The notes under the pieces: generated by a model
Told to the model about the DNA's origin: nothing
Databases searched by the model: none
Seen by the model: only the letters and a program-made list of their open reading frames with translations
Shown here: one piece after another, positions 29,283-40,199 of the stretch
Layout of the letters: the number at the start of each line of letters is the position of its first letter
Numbering within the stretch: the first letter of the stretch is position 1
Translations under genes and position numbers: made by a program
Source: an uncultured Actinomycetota bacterium
Lineage (GTDB): Bacteria; Actinomycetota; Actinomycetes; BP-191
DNA length: 64,000 bases
Reading direction: 5' to 3'
Assembly (NCBI GenBank): GCA_963765815.1
Contig: CAVXXT010000005.1
Location: 150,238-214,237 of the forward strand

Positions 29283-29334
29283 CACGCACTGCGCACCATC
29301 GAACCAGCGCCGCCGTGTAGGCGCCAGACAGTCC

Positions 29335-29370
29335 GCGACGCCCCCGGGATTTCCCCGCCGGGGGCGTCGC
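29335..29370 (+). terminator. GC-rich hairpin, probable intrinsic terminator
   Basis: GCGACGCCCCCGG-N10-CCGGGGGCGTCGC, a 13-bp stem. Confidence 0.65.
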
Positions 29371-29396
29371 GCTGTGTCCGGCTTAGGGTGGGCGGC

Positions 29397-29591
29397 GTGC
29401 GGCTGACCGTCTTCTGGGAGCGGATGAACGCGCGCTTCGGACCGGCGTACGCCGAGTCGGTGGCGCGCGACTTCACCGTGGCCCAGCTCGAGGGGCGTAC
29501 GGCGCACGAGGCGCTGGCTTCCGGCGTACCGGCCAAGCAGGTCTGGCTGGCCATCTGCGACGCCTTCGAGATCCCGCCCAAGGACCGATAA
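29397..29591 (+). CDS. DUF3046 family protein
   Basis: MRLTVFWERMNARFGPAYAESVARD...LEGRT..EAL..G...KQVW.A.C; upstream of recA as in other Actinobacteria. Confidence 0.88.
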   Translation: MRLTVFWERMNARFGPAYAESVARDFTVAQLEGRTAHEALASGVPAKQVWLAICDAFEIPPKDR

Positions 29592-29616
29592 CGGTCGGCG
29601 TGTCGCTGCTGGTTGT

Positions 29617-29632
29617 TCGAACACTCGTTCGG
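29617..29632. promoter_or_regulatory. LexA SOS box upstream of recA
   Basis: TCGAAC-ACTC-GTTCGG matches the Gram-positive consensus CGAAC-N4-GTTCG. Confidence 0.88.
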
Positions 29633-29695
29633 TACTGTTCGAATCACGCGATCGACGCGGGCGGTGGTCCACAGATGCAGCTGCGGCAGCACCTG

Positions 29696-29718
29696 TTGTC
29701 ACACCGAGTACCTAGCGT
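29696..29718 (+). promoter_or_regulatory. RecA-NDp / PafBC-type damage-inducible promoter of recA
   Basis: TTGTC-N12-TAGCGT, the same layout as mycobacterial recA P1. Confidence 0.72.
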
Positions 29719-29757
29719 GAATGCCGGTCGCACCCGACGAGTCAGAAGGGCCAGCAG

Positions 29758-32154
29758 ATGGCAGGCATGGATCGTGACAAGGCGCTAGAGGCAGCGCTGG
29801 CCCAGATCGACAAGAACCACGGCAAGGGCTCGGTGATGCGCCTCGGCGACACGCCGCGGGTGCCGATCGAGGTCATCCCGACCGGCTCGATCGCGCTCGA
29901 CGTGGCGCTTGGCATCGGCGGACTCCCGCGCGGCCGGATCGTCGAGATCTACGGCCCGGAGTCCTCGGGCAAGACCACGGTGGCGCTGCACGCGGTCGCG
30001 CAGGCGCAGGCCGCCGGCGGCATCGCGGCGTTCATCGACGCCGAGCACGCGCTCGACCCCGACTACGCGCAGGCGCTCGGCGTCGACACCGACGCGCTGC
30101 TCGTCTCGCAGCCGGACACCGGTGAGCAGGCGCTCGAGATCGCCGACATGCTCATCCGCTCCGGCGCGCTCGACATCATCGTCATCGACTCGGTCGCCGC
30201 GCTCGTGCCGCGCGCCGAGATCGAGGGCGAGATGGGCGACAGCCACGTCGGCCTGCAGGCCCGGCTGATGAGCCAGGCGCTGCGCAAGGTCACCGGCGCG
30301 CTGCACCAGTCCAACACCACCGCGATCTTCATCAACCAGCTCCGCGAAAAGATAGGTGTGATGTTTGGTAGTCCAGAAACGACGACCGGTGGGAAGGCGC
30401 TGAAGTTCTACGCGTCGATCCGCCTCGACGTGCGCCGCATCGAGGCGCTCAAGGACGGCACCGACGTCGTCGGCAACCGCACCCGCGTCAAGGTCGTCAA
30501 GAACAAGTGCCTAGCAGAAGGCACCCTGGTGTTCGACCCGGTCACCGGTACGACCCACCGCATCGAGGACATCGTCGACGGCCACCTGCCGGTGCATGTC
30601 GCGAGCGCGGCGAAGGACGGCACCATCCAGGTCCGCCCAGTCGTGTCCTGGTTCGACCAGGGTGAGCAAGAGGTGCTTGGGCTGCGTGTCCGCGGTGGCC
30701 ACGAGATCTGGGCAACTCCCGACCACCAGGTGCTGACCGACCGCGGTTGGCGCCTCGCCGGCGAGCTGCAGCCGGGCGACCGGGTCGCCAAGCCGCGGCA
30801 GTTCCTCGGTTTCGGCACCAACGTTCCTGTCACCCCCGACCAGGCGCGCATCCTCGGCTACCTGATTGGCGACGGTTACGTCGGCGGCAAGACGCCGATC
30901 CAGTTCACGAATGTCGAGCCGTCGCTGCAGAGCGACGCGGCGACGATCGTGCAGGAACTCGGCTGCGACGTGCACGCGACCGCGAACGACATCACGATGA
31001 GCTTCTCGCACCGGCAGGGAGAGAAGAACGCCCTTCTCGCTCTGTGCCGTGACGCCGGGATCCACGGCAAGCTCGCCTGGGAGAAGACCCTTCCCGCCTG
31101 GGCGTTCGACCCGGAGCTCACCAGTGTGGTCGCGGCAAATCTCGTCTTCGGGCTGTTCGAGACCGACGGCTGCGCGAGCGTCGAGCAGACCGGTGCCCTC
31201 CGGCTCGGCTTCACGACGACATCGGAGCAGCTGGCTCACCAGATTCAATGGCTGCTCCTGCGCTGGGGAATCACCAGCAGCGTCCGGGCCTACGACCCGA
31301 CGACGAAGCGTCCGAGCATCATCAAGGGGCGTCGCGTGCAGGCGCGTCGTCCGATCTGGGAAATTCGAGTCGCCGGCAGCGACAACGTGGAAGCGTTCGC
31401 CGCCGCCATCCCGATGTGGGGCCCTCGGGGGCAGCGGATCACCCAGCAGCTCGGGTCGACTGCTCAGACGCGTCGTCGCGGCTCGCAGGCCGTGTACCTC
31501 AGCCGTGAGCACACGGAGCCGGTGCTCGCTCACGTCGCCCAGCTCGGTGTGAGCGCTCGCGAGGCCGCGCGGCTGGTCGGCCCGTCCGCGGGAGATCCGC
31601 GCGGTGGCCTGCGCCAGGTGCTCGGCGCGAGCCGACTTCGGCGTGATCGCGTGGAGGCACTCGCCAACGCGCTCGATGACTCGTTCCTCGCCGGTGTCAT
31701 CGCGGAGGAGATCTCGTACGCCGCGGTGACCGAGATCCTGCCGGTGCGCACGGCGCGGACCTTCGACGTCGAGGTCGACGAGCTGCACAACCTCGTCGCG
31801 AACGGCATCGTCGTCCACAACTGCGCGCCGCCGTTCAAGCAGGCGGAGTTCGACATCGTCTACGGCACCGGCATCAGCCGCGAGGGCTCGCTGATCGACG
31901 TCGGCGTTGACCAGGGCATCGTGAAGAAGTCGGGCGCCTGGTACACCTACGAGGGCGACCAGCTCGGCCAGGGCAAGGAGAACTCCCGCAACTTCCTCAA
32001 GGACAACCCCGACCTGGCCAACGAGATCGAGAAGCGGATCAAGGAGAAGCTCGGCATCGGCGCGGTCCTCGACGCCGTCGCCGACTCGGTCGACCCGGGC
32101 CCCCTCGGGAAGGCCGCGCCGATCGAGCCGCTGCCCGCCCCGGTCGACTTCTAA
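29758..32154 (+). CDS. recA: Recombinase RecA containing an intein
   Basis: [32 protein letters not shown], and VKVVKNK|intein|[12 protein letters not shown]. Confidence 0.98.
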   Translation: MAGMDRDKALEAALAQIDKNHGKGSVMRLGDTPRVPIEVIPTGSIALDVALGIGGLPRGRIVEIYGPESSGKTTVALHAVAQAQAAGGIAAFIDAEHALDPDYAQALGVDTDALLVSQPDTGEQALEIADMLIRSGALDIIVIDSVAALVPRAEIEGEMGDSHVGLQARLMSQALRKVTGALHQSNTTAIFINQLREKIGVMFGSPETTTGGKALKFYASIRLDVRRIEALKDGTDVVGNRTRVKVVKNKCLAEGTLVFDPVTGTTHRIEDIVDGHLPVHVASAAKDGTIQVRPVVSWFDQGEQEVLGLRVRGGHEIWATPDHQVLTDRGWRLAGELQPGDRVAKPRQFLGFGTNVPVTPDQARILGYLIGDGYVGGKTPIQFTNVEPSLQSDAATIVQELGCDVHATANDITMSFSHRQGEKNALLALCRDAGIHGKLAWEKTLPAWAFDPELTSVVAANLVFGLFETDGCASVEQTGALRLGFTTTSEQLAHQIQWLLLRWGITSSVRAYDPTTKRPSIIKGRRVQARRPIWEIRVAGSDNVEAFAAAIPMWGPRGQRITQQLGSTAQTRRRGSQAVYLSREHTEPVLAHVAQLGVSAREAARLVGPSAGDPRGGLRQVLGASRLRRDRVEALANALDDSFLAGVIAEEISYAAVTEILPVRTARTFDVEVDELHNLVANGIVVHNCAPPFKQAEFDIVYGTGISREGSLIDVGVDQGIVKKSGAWYTYEGDQLGQGKENSRNFLKDNPDLANEIEKRIKEKLGIGAVLDAVADSVDPGPLGKAAPIEPLPAPVDF
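30508..31821 (+). mobile_element. Intein (438 aa) with LAGLIDADG homing endonuclease at the RecA-a site
   Basis: Starts CLAEGT, block B WATPDH, LAGLIDADG-like LGYLIGDG and FGLFETDG, ends IVVHN followed by +1 Cys; more AT-rich codons than the exteins. Confidence 0.96.
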
Positions 32155-32766
32155 GTGGCGTTCGCCCGCTCGGCGGGTCGCGGCTCGACCGCGGCCCGCC
32201 GACGGAGCGCTCGCGACCGCGACCCCGACGCCACCCGCGACGACGGTTCGGACGCCGACCCCGAGTCGGTGGCCAGGGCGATCTGCCTGCGCCTGCTCAC
32301 CATGGGCCCGAAGACTCGCGCCCAGCTCGCCGACGCGATGCGGGCCAAGGACGTGCCGGTCGAGATCGCCGACGGCGTGCTCGACCGGTTCGGCGACGTC
32401 GGGCTGATCGACGACCAGGCGTTCGCCGCGATGTGGGTCAGCTCGCGGCACCTGGGTCGCGGCCTCGGCCGCCGCGCGCTCACCCAGGAGCTGCGGCACC
32501 GCGGCGTCGACGACGAGACGGTGGCGGAGGCCGTCGGCGCGGTGTCCGACGCCGACGAGCACGCTGCCGCCCGCGATCTGGTGGCGAGGCGGCTGCCGAG
32601 CCTCGCCCGCTACGACAAGCCCACCCAGGTACGCCGCCTGGTCGGGCTGCTGCAGCGCAAGGGCTACGGCGGCGGGCTGGCGTTCGCCGTCGTCCGAGAG
32701 GTCATGGGGGAGGCCGCCGCCGAGGCGCTGGCCATCGCCGAGGCAGAAGCCGCCGACGACGAGTAG
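32155..32766 (+). CDS. recX: Regulatory protein RecX
   Basis: Immediately after recA; ARAICLRLLT..PKTRAQL, GLIDDQAFA and LQRKGY. Confidence 0.93.
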   Translation: MAFARSAGRGSTAARRRSARDRDPDATRDDGSDADPESVARAICLRLLTMGPKTRAQLADAMRAKDVPVEIADGVLDRFGDVGLIDDQAFAAMWVSSRHLGRGLGRRALTQELRHRGVDDETVAEAVGAVSDADEHAAARDLVARRLPSLARYDKPTQVRRLVGLLQRKGYGGGLAFAVVREVMGEAAAEALAIAEAEAADDE

Positions 32767-33723
32767 CTACTTGCGCGGCGTCCAGCGGAGCTTGAGGTCC
32801 TTGAGGACCTTCTCCAGCAGTGTCGGCCGGTTGGTCATGATCCCGTCGACGCCCATCTCGATGAGCGAGCGCATCGTCGGCTCGTCGTCGACGGTCCACA
32901 CGTGCACGGCGAGACCGTTGGCGTGCGCGTCGGTGACGAAGTCGGCGTCGACTACCGGGATGCCTTCGTACTCGATCGGCACCTGCAGCGCGACGTAGCG
33001 CGGGTTGGGCAGCCCCGGGAGCACCGCCAGCGACGACAGCTTGAAGACGCCCGCCTCGCCGAGCGCGAGCGCGGTCGGCGTGTTCGGCGAGTGGACCTTG
33101 AACTTCTCGATCGCCAGGTCGGAGAACGACACGACGATCACGTCGTCGGTGCGGCCGAACTCCGCGAGGATCGCCGCGACCTTGTCCTCGTACGGCGTGG
33201 TGTCCGGCGCGGTGCGCTTGATCTCGATGTTCACCAGGTCGTGCGGGAACGCCGCGAGCACCTCGCGCAGCGTCGGGATCCGGAAGTCCGAGGCGGCGTA
33301 CCCGCGAGGCGGCTTGCGGGTCCCCAGCGCCACGCCGCGCCAGGTGTAGTCCTTGGCCGGCTTGCCGAGGCAGGTGCCGCAGCCCTCGATGAACCAGTGC
33401 GCGGCGTCCAGCTGCTGGATCTCGGCCAGGGTCATCGCGTCGACCCGGCCGGTGCCGTTGGTCGTCCGGTCCACGGTCGTGTCGTGCAGCGCGACGATCT
33501 CGCCGTCGGCCGTGGCGTGGATGTCGATCTCGACGACGTCGGCGCCCTTCTTCTTCGCCGTCTTCAGCGCGTAGAGGGTGTCCGACGGCGCCTCGATCTC
33601 CCCGCCCTGGTGGGCGAAGTTGAGGACGCGACGCTCCTGCCAGGTCTCCGGGGCGCGCGCGTCGGACGCCGGCGCAGCCGCCAGCATGGCCAGGACCGCC
33701 AGGGCAAGGGCACGTCGTCGCAT
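32767..33723 (-). CDS. Secreted glycerophosphodiester phosphodiesterase
   Basis: Signal peptide; AHQGG, EIDIHATADG, HD.TVDRTT, NIEIK, VHVWTVD and GVDGIMTNRP. Confidence 0.92.
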   Translation of the reverse strand: MRRRALALAVLAMLAAAPASDARAPETWQERRVLNFAHQGGEIEAPSDTLYALKTAKKKGADVVEIDIHATADGEIVALHDTTVDRTTNGTGRVDAMTLAEIQQLDAAHWFIEGCGTCLGKPAKDYTWRGVALGTRKPPRGYAASDFRIPTLREVLAAFPHDLVNIEIKRTAPDTTPYEDKVAAILAEFGRTDDVIVVSFSDLAIEKFKVHSPNTPTALALGEAGVFKLSSLAVLPGLPNPRYVALQVPIEYEGIPVVDADFVTDAHANGLAVHVWTVDDEPTMRSLIEMGVDGIMTNRPTLLEKVLKDLKLRWTPRK

Positions 33724-33818
33724 GCCCCTAGAGGTTCGCGGCGCGGGACCGGACACCTTCACTTCGGCGAACCGATCCACACACCCCGGCGGCGGGCTGG
33801 CGCCGGGTCACGGCGCAC

Positions 33819-33847
33819 TTGATCTTCCGGACAGCCCGGCCTAGCCT
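33819..33847 (+). promoter_or_regulatory. Housekeeping-sigma-type promoter upstream of the rny leader
   Basis: TTGATC-N17-TAGCCT. Confidence 0.65.
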
Positions 33848-33850
33848 CGG

Positions 33851-33998
33851 CGGCGGTGAGTGGACCAATCCGGGTCTGGGTGACCAGACGCGGTGCTCGG
33901 CATAGCGTGACCTGATCAGCTGACACGACCTCAGACACCTGACCGCGCCGTACGGCGCTCGCACCACCCGCCTGACGTACGCCGGCTCCTCACCGTGC
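33851..33998 (+). ncRNA. Candidate structured RNA (6S-like rod or rny 5' leader)
   Basis: Begins just after the promoter; nested complementarity GCGGTGAG/CTCACCGT, CCGG/CCGG, GGGTG/CACCC, CGCGGT/ACCGCG and CGTG/CACG. Confidence 0.35.
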
Positions 33999-34102
33999 GG
34001 CTGCGCACCATGCAGCCGTGCGGGCGCTGTGCCCCTCTCACCGTGCACCTTCGCGCCTGACCGGGCGCGGAGGCTGGGTACGTGCTCAGTCAGGGGCTTG
34101 TC

Positions 34103-35809
<1,707 letters not shown>

Positions 35810-35819
35810 GGAGCCCGTC

Positions 35820-36343
35820 ATGCGCCGCTTGCTCGCCGTGCTGCTGCTCGCAGCCGGCCTTGTCCCCTGAGCGGCGGTACGGCCTGGGCCTGCAGGACGG
35901 AGGCGCCGGCGTCCGAGAGCGAGGGCTACCGGTACATGGCTGCGCATGCCGCTGCTGTGTACGTCGGCACGGTGGCCGAGCAGGTCGGCCGAACTGACGA
36001 TCAGCAGGACGTGCGATTCCGCATCCGGGTCGACCGGTCGCTCAAGATCGCGGTCGTCGGCTCTGACCGCGTCGTCGTGACGTCCGCCTCGGGCGGAGGC
36101 TGCGGCGCCGCTCTCCAGGTCGGCCGACGGGCCTTCGTCGCCGAGGACCCGAGTGGCCGCGTGTCCGAGTGCTGCGCGACTCACGACGACGTCGACGGCG
36201 AGATCGCCAGGTACGTGCGCTACAACCGCGCGCTGCCCGAGACCGGCACAACGCCGTCGGTCGGCGCCGTCTCCGCCGTGCTGCTCCTCGCCGGCCTGCT
36301 CGGTCGACGCCGGCTCGCTCGGCGGCCCGTCGTACCGGCATGA
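35820..36343 (+). pseudogene. Secreted TIMP/NTR-like LPXTG protein, frameshifted as sequenced near 35868
   Basis: MRRLLAVLLLAAGLVP stops at a C4 run; adding one C restores ...LSGGTAWAC... into ORF 35936..36343, which ends LPETG-hydrophobic-RRR. Confidence 0.65.
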
Positions 36344-36939
36344 CGACGCGGTGGGGACGACACGCGGCGCGCGCGGTCGCGACGGCCGTCCTGGCCGGCG
36401 GGCTCGTGCCGCTGCTGTCCGGGGCGGCGTGGGCGTGCAGCTGCGAGGGCTACGCGTCCGATCGCGAGCAGTACGCCGCCGCGGCCGGCTCTGCCCAGGT
36501 GATCTACACCGGACTCGTCACCGCCGAGAGCAGGCCGACCCCTGCGCCGCAGCCCGCACCCGGCGGCACGCCGGTGCCGCACCCCGGCGACGGTGAGGTC
36601 CGCTACTCGATCCGGGTCGACGAGTCGCTGAAGGGCGACGCCGCGGGCGACCGCACCGTCTCGACGTCCGGGAGCGGAGCGTCGTGCGGCACCTACCTCG
36701 AGACCGGTCGGCGCGCGCTCGTGGTCGAGTACGGCGGCAACCGACGGATCAGCCTGTGCGACGGCACGACCCAGGACCGCGTCGACGCTCGCGCAGCCAT
36801 AGTGCGCGAATCCCTGCTGGGGTCCGGGCCGTCCATGCCGCACACCGGCCTCCGGCTGCCGGCCCAGGCAGCTCCCCTCGGCCTCGTCGGCCTGGCTCTC
36901 CTCGCCGGGGCACGGCGACGGGGGTTCACCCGGCGCTGA
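36340..36939 (+). CDS. Secreted TIMP/NTR-like protein with sortase-type anchor
   Basis: Signal peptide AWA|CSC; VIYTG.V, VDESLKG, SGASCG and SLC; C-terminal MPHTG-TM-RRR; paralog of the upstream gene. Confidence 0.7.
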   Translation: MTTRWGRHAARAVATAVLAGGLVPLLSGAAWACSCEGYASDREQYAAAAGSAQVIYTGLVTAESRPTPAPQPAPGGTPVPHPGDGEVRYSIRVDESLKGDAAGDRTVSTSGSGASCGTYLETGRRALVVEYGGNRRISLCDGTTQDRVDARAAIVRESLLGSGPSMPHTGLRLPAQAAPLGLVGLALLAGARRRGFTRR

Positions 36940-36989
36940 TCCGGGGCTACCCTGGCGTCGCTCGGGGGAGCGATTTGTGGGGGTTTCGT

Positions 36990-37862
36990 ATGATCTCGTC
37001 CTGCCGTCGTGTCGTCGCCGTGCTCGCGTGCGGCATCGCCCTGGTCGGTGCGCCGATGGCGCGCGCGACCGCGACCGACCCGGGCCGCGCCGGGGAGCCA
37101 GGTGCGAGCTGCGCCCCCGCCGGCGCCGCCGACGCGCCGGTCCCGCCGGTCGGCCTCGCCGCCTGCCCGGAGGTGCGCCCGGGCGACTCCCTCTACTCGG
37201 AGTTCGGCGACTCGAGCTCGCGGTGTGTCATCGGCCCGATGTACGCCGACCGCCGCGGCAACCGCTACTTCATCACCGGCCCGGACTGCGCGCCGCCGTA
37301 CGCCTTCGAAGCGGCGGTCACGACGTGGACGTTCGGCAAGGGCCCGATCGCTCTCGACGGCAGGTCCGGGAAGCGGATCGGGGAGTGGGTGTTCCGCTTC
37401 TCGGCGAGCAGCGGAGGCCTGTCGATGGTTCGGCTCTATCCCGGCATCCAGGCGAATCCGCAGATCTGCCAGTACGGCGGCCCGACCGGGCTGAACACCG
37501 CCGTGTCCGAGGACCCCACCACGCTGGTGATGGTGGGCGACCAGGGCGGGTTCCTGTCCTACGACCTGCGACCGTACGCCGACGTCCAGAGCTCGCTCAT
37601 GCGCCCGGGTGTTGCCGCCGAGGGCCTCTACGACCCCAACCTGGTCCTGGTCGCCGCCGAGAACGTCGTCGAGTACGGCATGCCGGTGGTGACCGATGAC
37701 GGTCTGCTGGTCGGCATCAGCGACTACTACGGCTCGGAGCAGCGCGGCAGCGTCGTCGGCATCAGCACAGGGATGGTGGTCGTCCGGCCGACGAAGCCGA
37801 TGACGGTGGCGGCGAAGGTGCTGCGCACGACGTTCACGCTGCTCACCGCGCCGCTGGTCTGA
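36990..37862 (+). CDS. Secreted trypsin-fold protein, catalytic residues degenerate
   Basis: Signal peptide; VRPG...C..G......YFITGPDC at the TAGHC position and EYGMPVV at the GDSG position. Confidence 0.65.
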   Translation: MISSCRRVVAVLACGIALVGAPMARATATDPGRAGEPGASCAPAGAADAPVPPVGLAACPEVRPGDSLYSEFGDSSSRCVIGPMYADRRGNRYFITGPDCAPPYAFEAAVTTWTFGKGPIALDGRSGKRIGEWVFRFSASSGGLSMVRLYPGIQANPQICQYGGPTGLNTAVSEDPTTLVMVGDQGGFLSYDLRPYADVQSSLMRPGVAAEGLYDPNLVLVAAENVVEYGMPVVTDDGLLVGISDYYGSEQRGSVVGISTGMVVVRPTKPMTVAAKVLRTTFTLLTAPLV

Positions 37863-37939
37863 TCCGCACGGAAGGCTGGGGACAGGGCGGCAGTTGCTAC
37901 GCTCTCACCTCGAGCGGGGGCTCGTTCGCGGGGGATTCC

Positions 37940-38791
37940 ATGCAGATGTCCAGGGCGCGGCGCGCGCTCGTCTCGGTGCTGCTCGCCGTGGCCTCCGCAG
38001 CACCGGTTGCCCACGCGAATACGACGGGGCACCAGTGCGCCTCGGGACCCGCAGTAACCGGAGCGCGCCGTGCCGTGCCGCCGGTCGGCTATGCCTCGTG
38101 CATGTCCGTGCGGCCCGGCGACATGCTCTATGCCACGCTCGACGGCGGCAGCTCGAGCTGCGTGGCCGGCTTCCTCTACAGCGATCGCCGCGGCGACGCG
38201 TACATCGCGACCGGCGGCAACTGCGCGCCCCCGTGGGAGTTCGCCGAGCCGATCACGACCTGGAAGCGCGGCAGGGGTCCCGTCGCGCTCGACGCGCGCA
38301 ACGGCAAGCGCATCGGCGAGTGGGCCTTCCGGGTCGTCGAGGGTGACGTGTCGATGTCGCTGGTCCGGCTCGACGCCGGCGTGCCGTTCGACCCGCAGCT
38401 GTGCCAGTACGGCGGCCCGACCGCCCTGACCACCGACGTCTCGAGTGACCCGGTGCAGCTCGTCATGGTCGGCCCGCTTGCCGGGCTCACCGAGTCCGAC
38501 TTCTACTTCGGCCGCAGCAACGGGTCGATGTCCCGACCTGCTCTCGCGCACGGCGGCCTCTACGACCGCGATGTGATCCTCGTGCAGGGCGGTTCGCTCA
38601 CCGAGTCCGGCATGCCGGTCGTCACGGCCGACGGCGAGGCGGTCGGCCTGGCCGACTTCTACGTCGTGCGCGAACGAGGCGCAGCCGGATACGACGCCGG
38701 GCTCGTGGTCACCCGCCTCGCGCGACCGATCGCGATCGCGGAGAAGGTCATGCGCACGCGGCTCACGCTGCTCACCGCTCCACTCACGTAG
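37940..38791 (+). CDS. Secreted trypsin-fold protein, paralog of 36990..37862
   Basis: Shares VRPGD, GPVALD.R.GKRIGEW.FR, CQYGGPT and LTLLTAPL with the upstream gene; has YIATGGNC and TESGMPVV. Confidence 0.7.
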   Translation: MQMSRARRALVSVLLAVASAAPVAHANTTGHQCASGPAVTGARRAVPPVGYASCMSVRPGDMLYATLDGGSSSCVAGFLYSDRRGDAYIATGGNCAPPWEFAEPITTWKRGRGPVALDARNGKRIGEWAFRVVEGDVSMSLVRLDAGVPFDPQLCQYGGPTALTTDVSSDPVQLVMVGPLAGLTESDFYFGRSNGSMSRPALAHGGLYDRDVILVQGGSLTESGMPVVTADGEAVGLADFYVVRERGAAGYDAGLVVTRLARPIAIAEKVMRTRLTLLTAPLT

Positions 38792-38825
38792 GCCGCGGCA
38801 GATCGCCGCACGTAGGCTGGCCGCC

Positions 38826-40070
38826 ATGCCCGCCGCTGTGCCACGCCTGCTGACCGTCATGGGGTCGGGCGAGACGGCGCCGACGATGGTCAAGGTGCAC
38901 CGCGAGCTGATCGCGCGCTCAGGTACGCCGGCCGTGATGCTCGACACGCCGTTCGGGTTCCAGGCCAACGCCGACGACCTGGTCGCCAAGGCGCAGTCCT
39001 ACTTCCGCGAGAGCGTCGGCACCGAGCTCGACGTCGCGTCGTACCGGTCCGCCGCCGCGATCGACACCGTGTCGCTCGAGCGGATGCTGGCCCGGCTCCG
39101 GGACGCGCGCTACGTCTTCGCCGGTCCCGGCAGCCCGACGTACGCGCTGCGCCAGTGGACCGGGTCGCCGGTGCCGGATGTCCTGCGCTCGCTGCTGTCG
39201 TCCGGCGGCGCGGTCACGTTCGCGAGCGCCGCCGCGCTGACGCTCGGCGTCGTGACCGTGCCGGTCTACGAGATCTACAAGGTCGGCGAGGACCCGCACT
39301 GGCTGCCGGGTCTCGACCTGCTGTCGCTCACCGGCCTGCGCGCGGCCGTCGTACCTCACTACAACAACGCCGAGGGCGGTCACCACGACACCCGCTTCTG
39401 CTACCTCGGCGAGGAGCGGCTCGCCGCGATGGAGGCCGAGCTGCCCGCCGGCGTGATCGTGCTCGGCGTCGACGAGCACACCGCGGTGGTGTTCGACCTC
39501 GACGCCGGCACGGCGGCCGTGCACGGGCTCGGCGTCGTGACCGTGCGCGCTCAGGGGCGCAGCGCGACGGTCGAGAGCGGCCGCGTCGTCACCGTCTCCG
39601 AGCTCGCCGCGCTGGCCGGCACCGGCGTCACGACGACCTTCGCCGCGCGCGCTGACGAGGACGAGCCGTCGGCGGGGGAGTCGCCGCTCGCCTCGTCGAT
39701 CGGCGGAGCGGGCGCGTCGTTCGACAGCGCGCTCGCCGCGCGCGACGTGACGGCGGCGCTGTCCTGCGCGCTGGAGCTGGAGCAGCAGCTCGACGAGTGG
39801 TCACGCGACTCGCTGCAGTCCGACGACCGCGAACGCGGCCGAGCGCTGCTGCGCTCGATGCTGGTCCGCCTCGGTGACCTCGCGCAGACGGGGACGGCGG
39901 ATCCAAGGGACACCGTCGCGCCGTACGTCGACCTGCTGCTCGAGCTGCGCGCGGCGGCTCGCGACGACAAGCGCTTCGCCGACTCCGACCGGATCCGCGA
40001 CGGACTCGCGGACGCTGGAGTCGAGGTCCGCGACACCGCCGCGGGCGCCGACTGGCAGCTCCGCGGCTGA
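38826..40070 (+). CDS. Peptidase S51/cyanophycinase-like domain fused to a CysRS-type C-terminal domain
   Basis: MGSGE, FAGPGSP, FASAAA and VVPHY...LGVDEHTA; C-terminal LLELRAAARDDKRFADSDRIRDGL...GVEVRDT..G.DW. Confidence 0.8.
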   Translation: MPAAVPRLLTVMGSGETAPTMVKVHRELIARSGTPAVMLDTPFGFQANADDLVAKAQSYFRESVGTELDVASYRSAAAIDTVSLERMLARLRDARYVFAGPGSPTYALRQWTGSPVPDVLRSLLSSGGAVTFASAAALTLGVVTVPVYEIYKVGEDPHWLPGLDLLSLTGLRAAVVPHYNNAEGGHHDTRFCYLGEERLAAMEAELPAGVIVLGVDEHTAVVFDLDAGTAAVHGLGVVTVRAQGRSATVESGRVVTVSELAALAGTGVTTTFAARADEDEPSAGESPLASSIGGAGASFDSALAARDVTAALSCALELEQQLDEWSRDSLQSDDRERGRALLRSMLVRLGDLAQTGTADPRDTVAPYVDLLLELRAAARDDKRFADSDRIRDGLADAGVEVRDTAAGADWQLRG

Positions 40071-40106
40071 CCGGTCAGTCGAGGCAGCTGCCCGCCGGCC
40101 TCACCG

Positions 40107-40174
40107 ACCGGGGAGCGTTTCCGTCACTGCAAGCGCGTCTGGACCGGGTTTCAGTGACCGAAACGCTCCCCGGT
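40107..40174. repeat. Long intergenic palindrome (REP-like, GGAGCG/CGCTCC arms)
   Basis: ACCGGGGAGCGTTTCCGTCACTG-N22-CAGTGACCGAAACGCTCCCCGGT, a near-perfect 23-bp stem. Confidence 0.75.
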
Positions 40175-40199
40175 GGGGACGGGTCCTAGAGTTGTCGGC

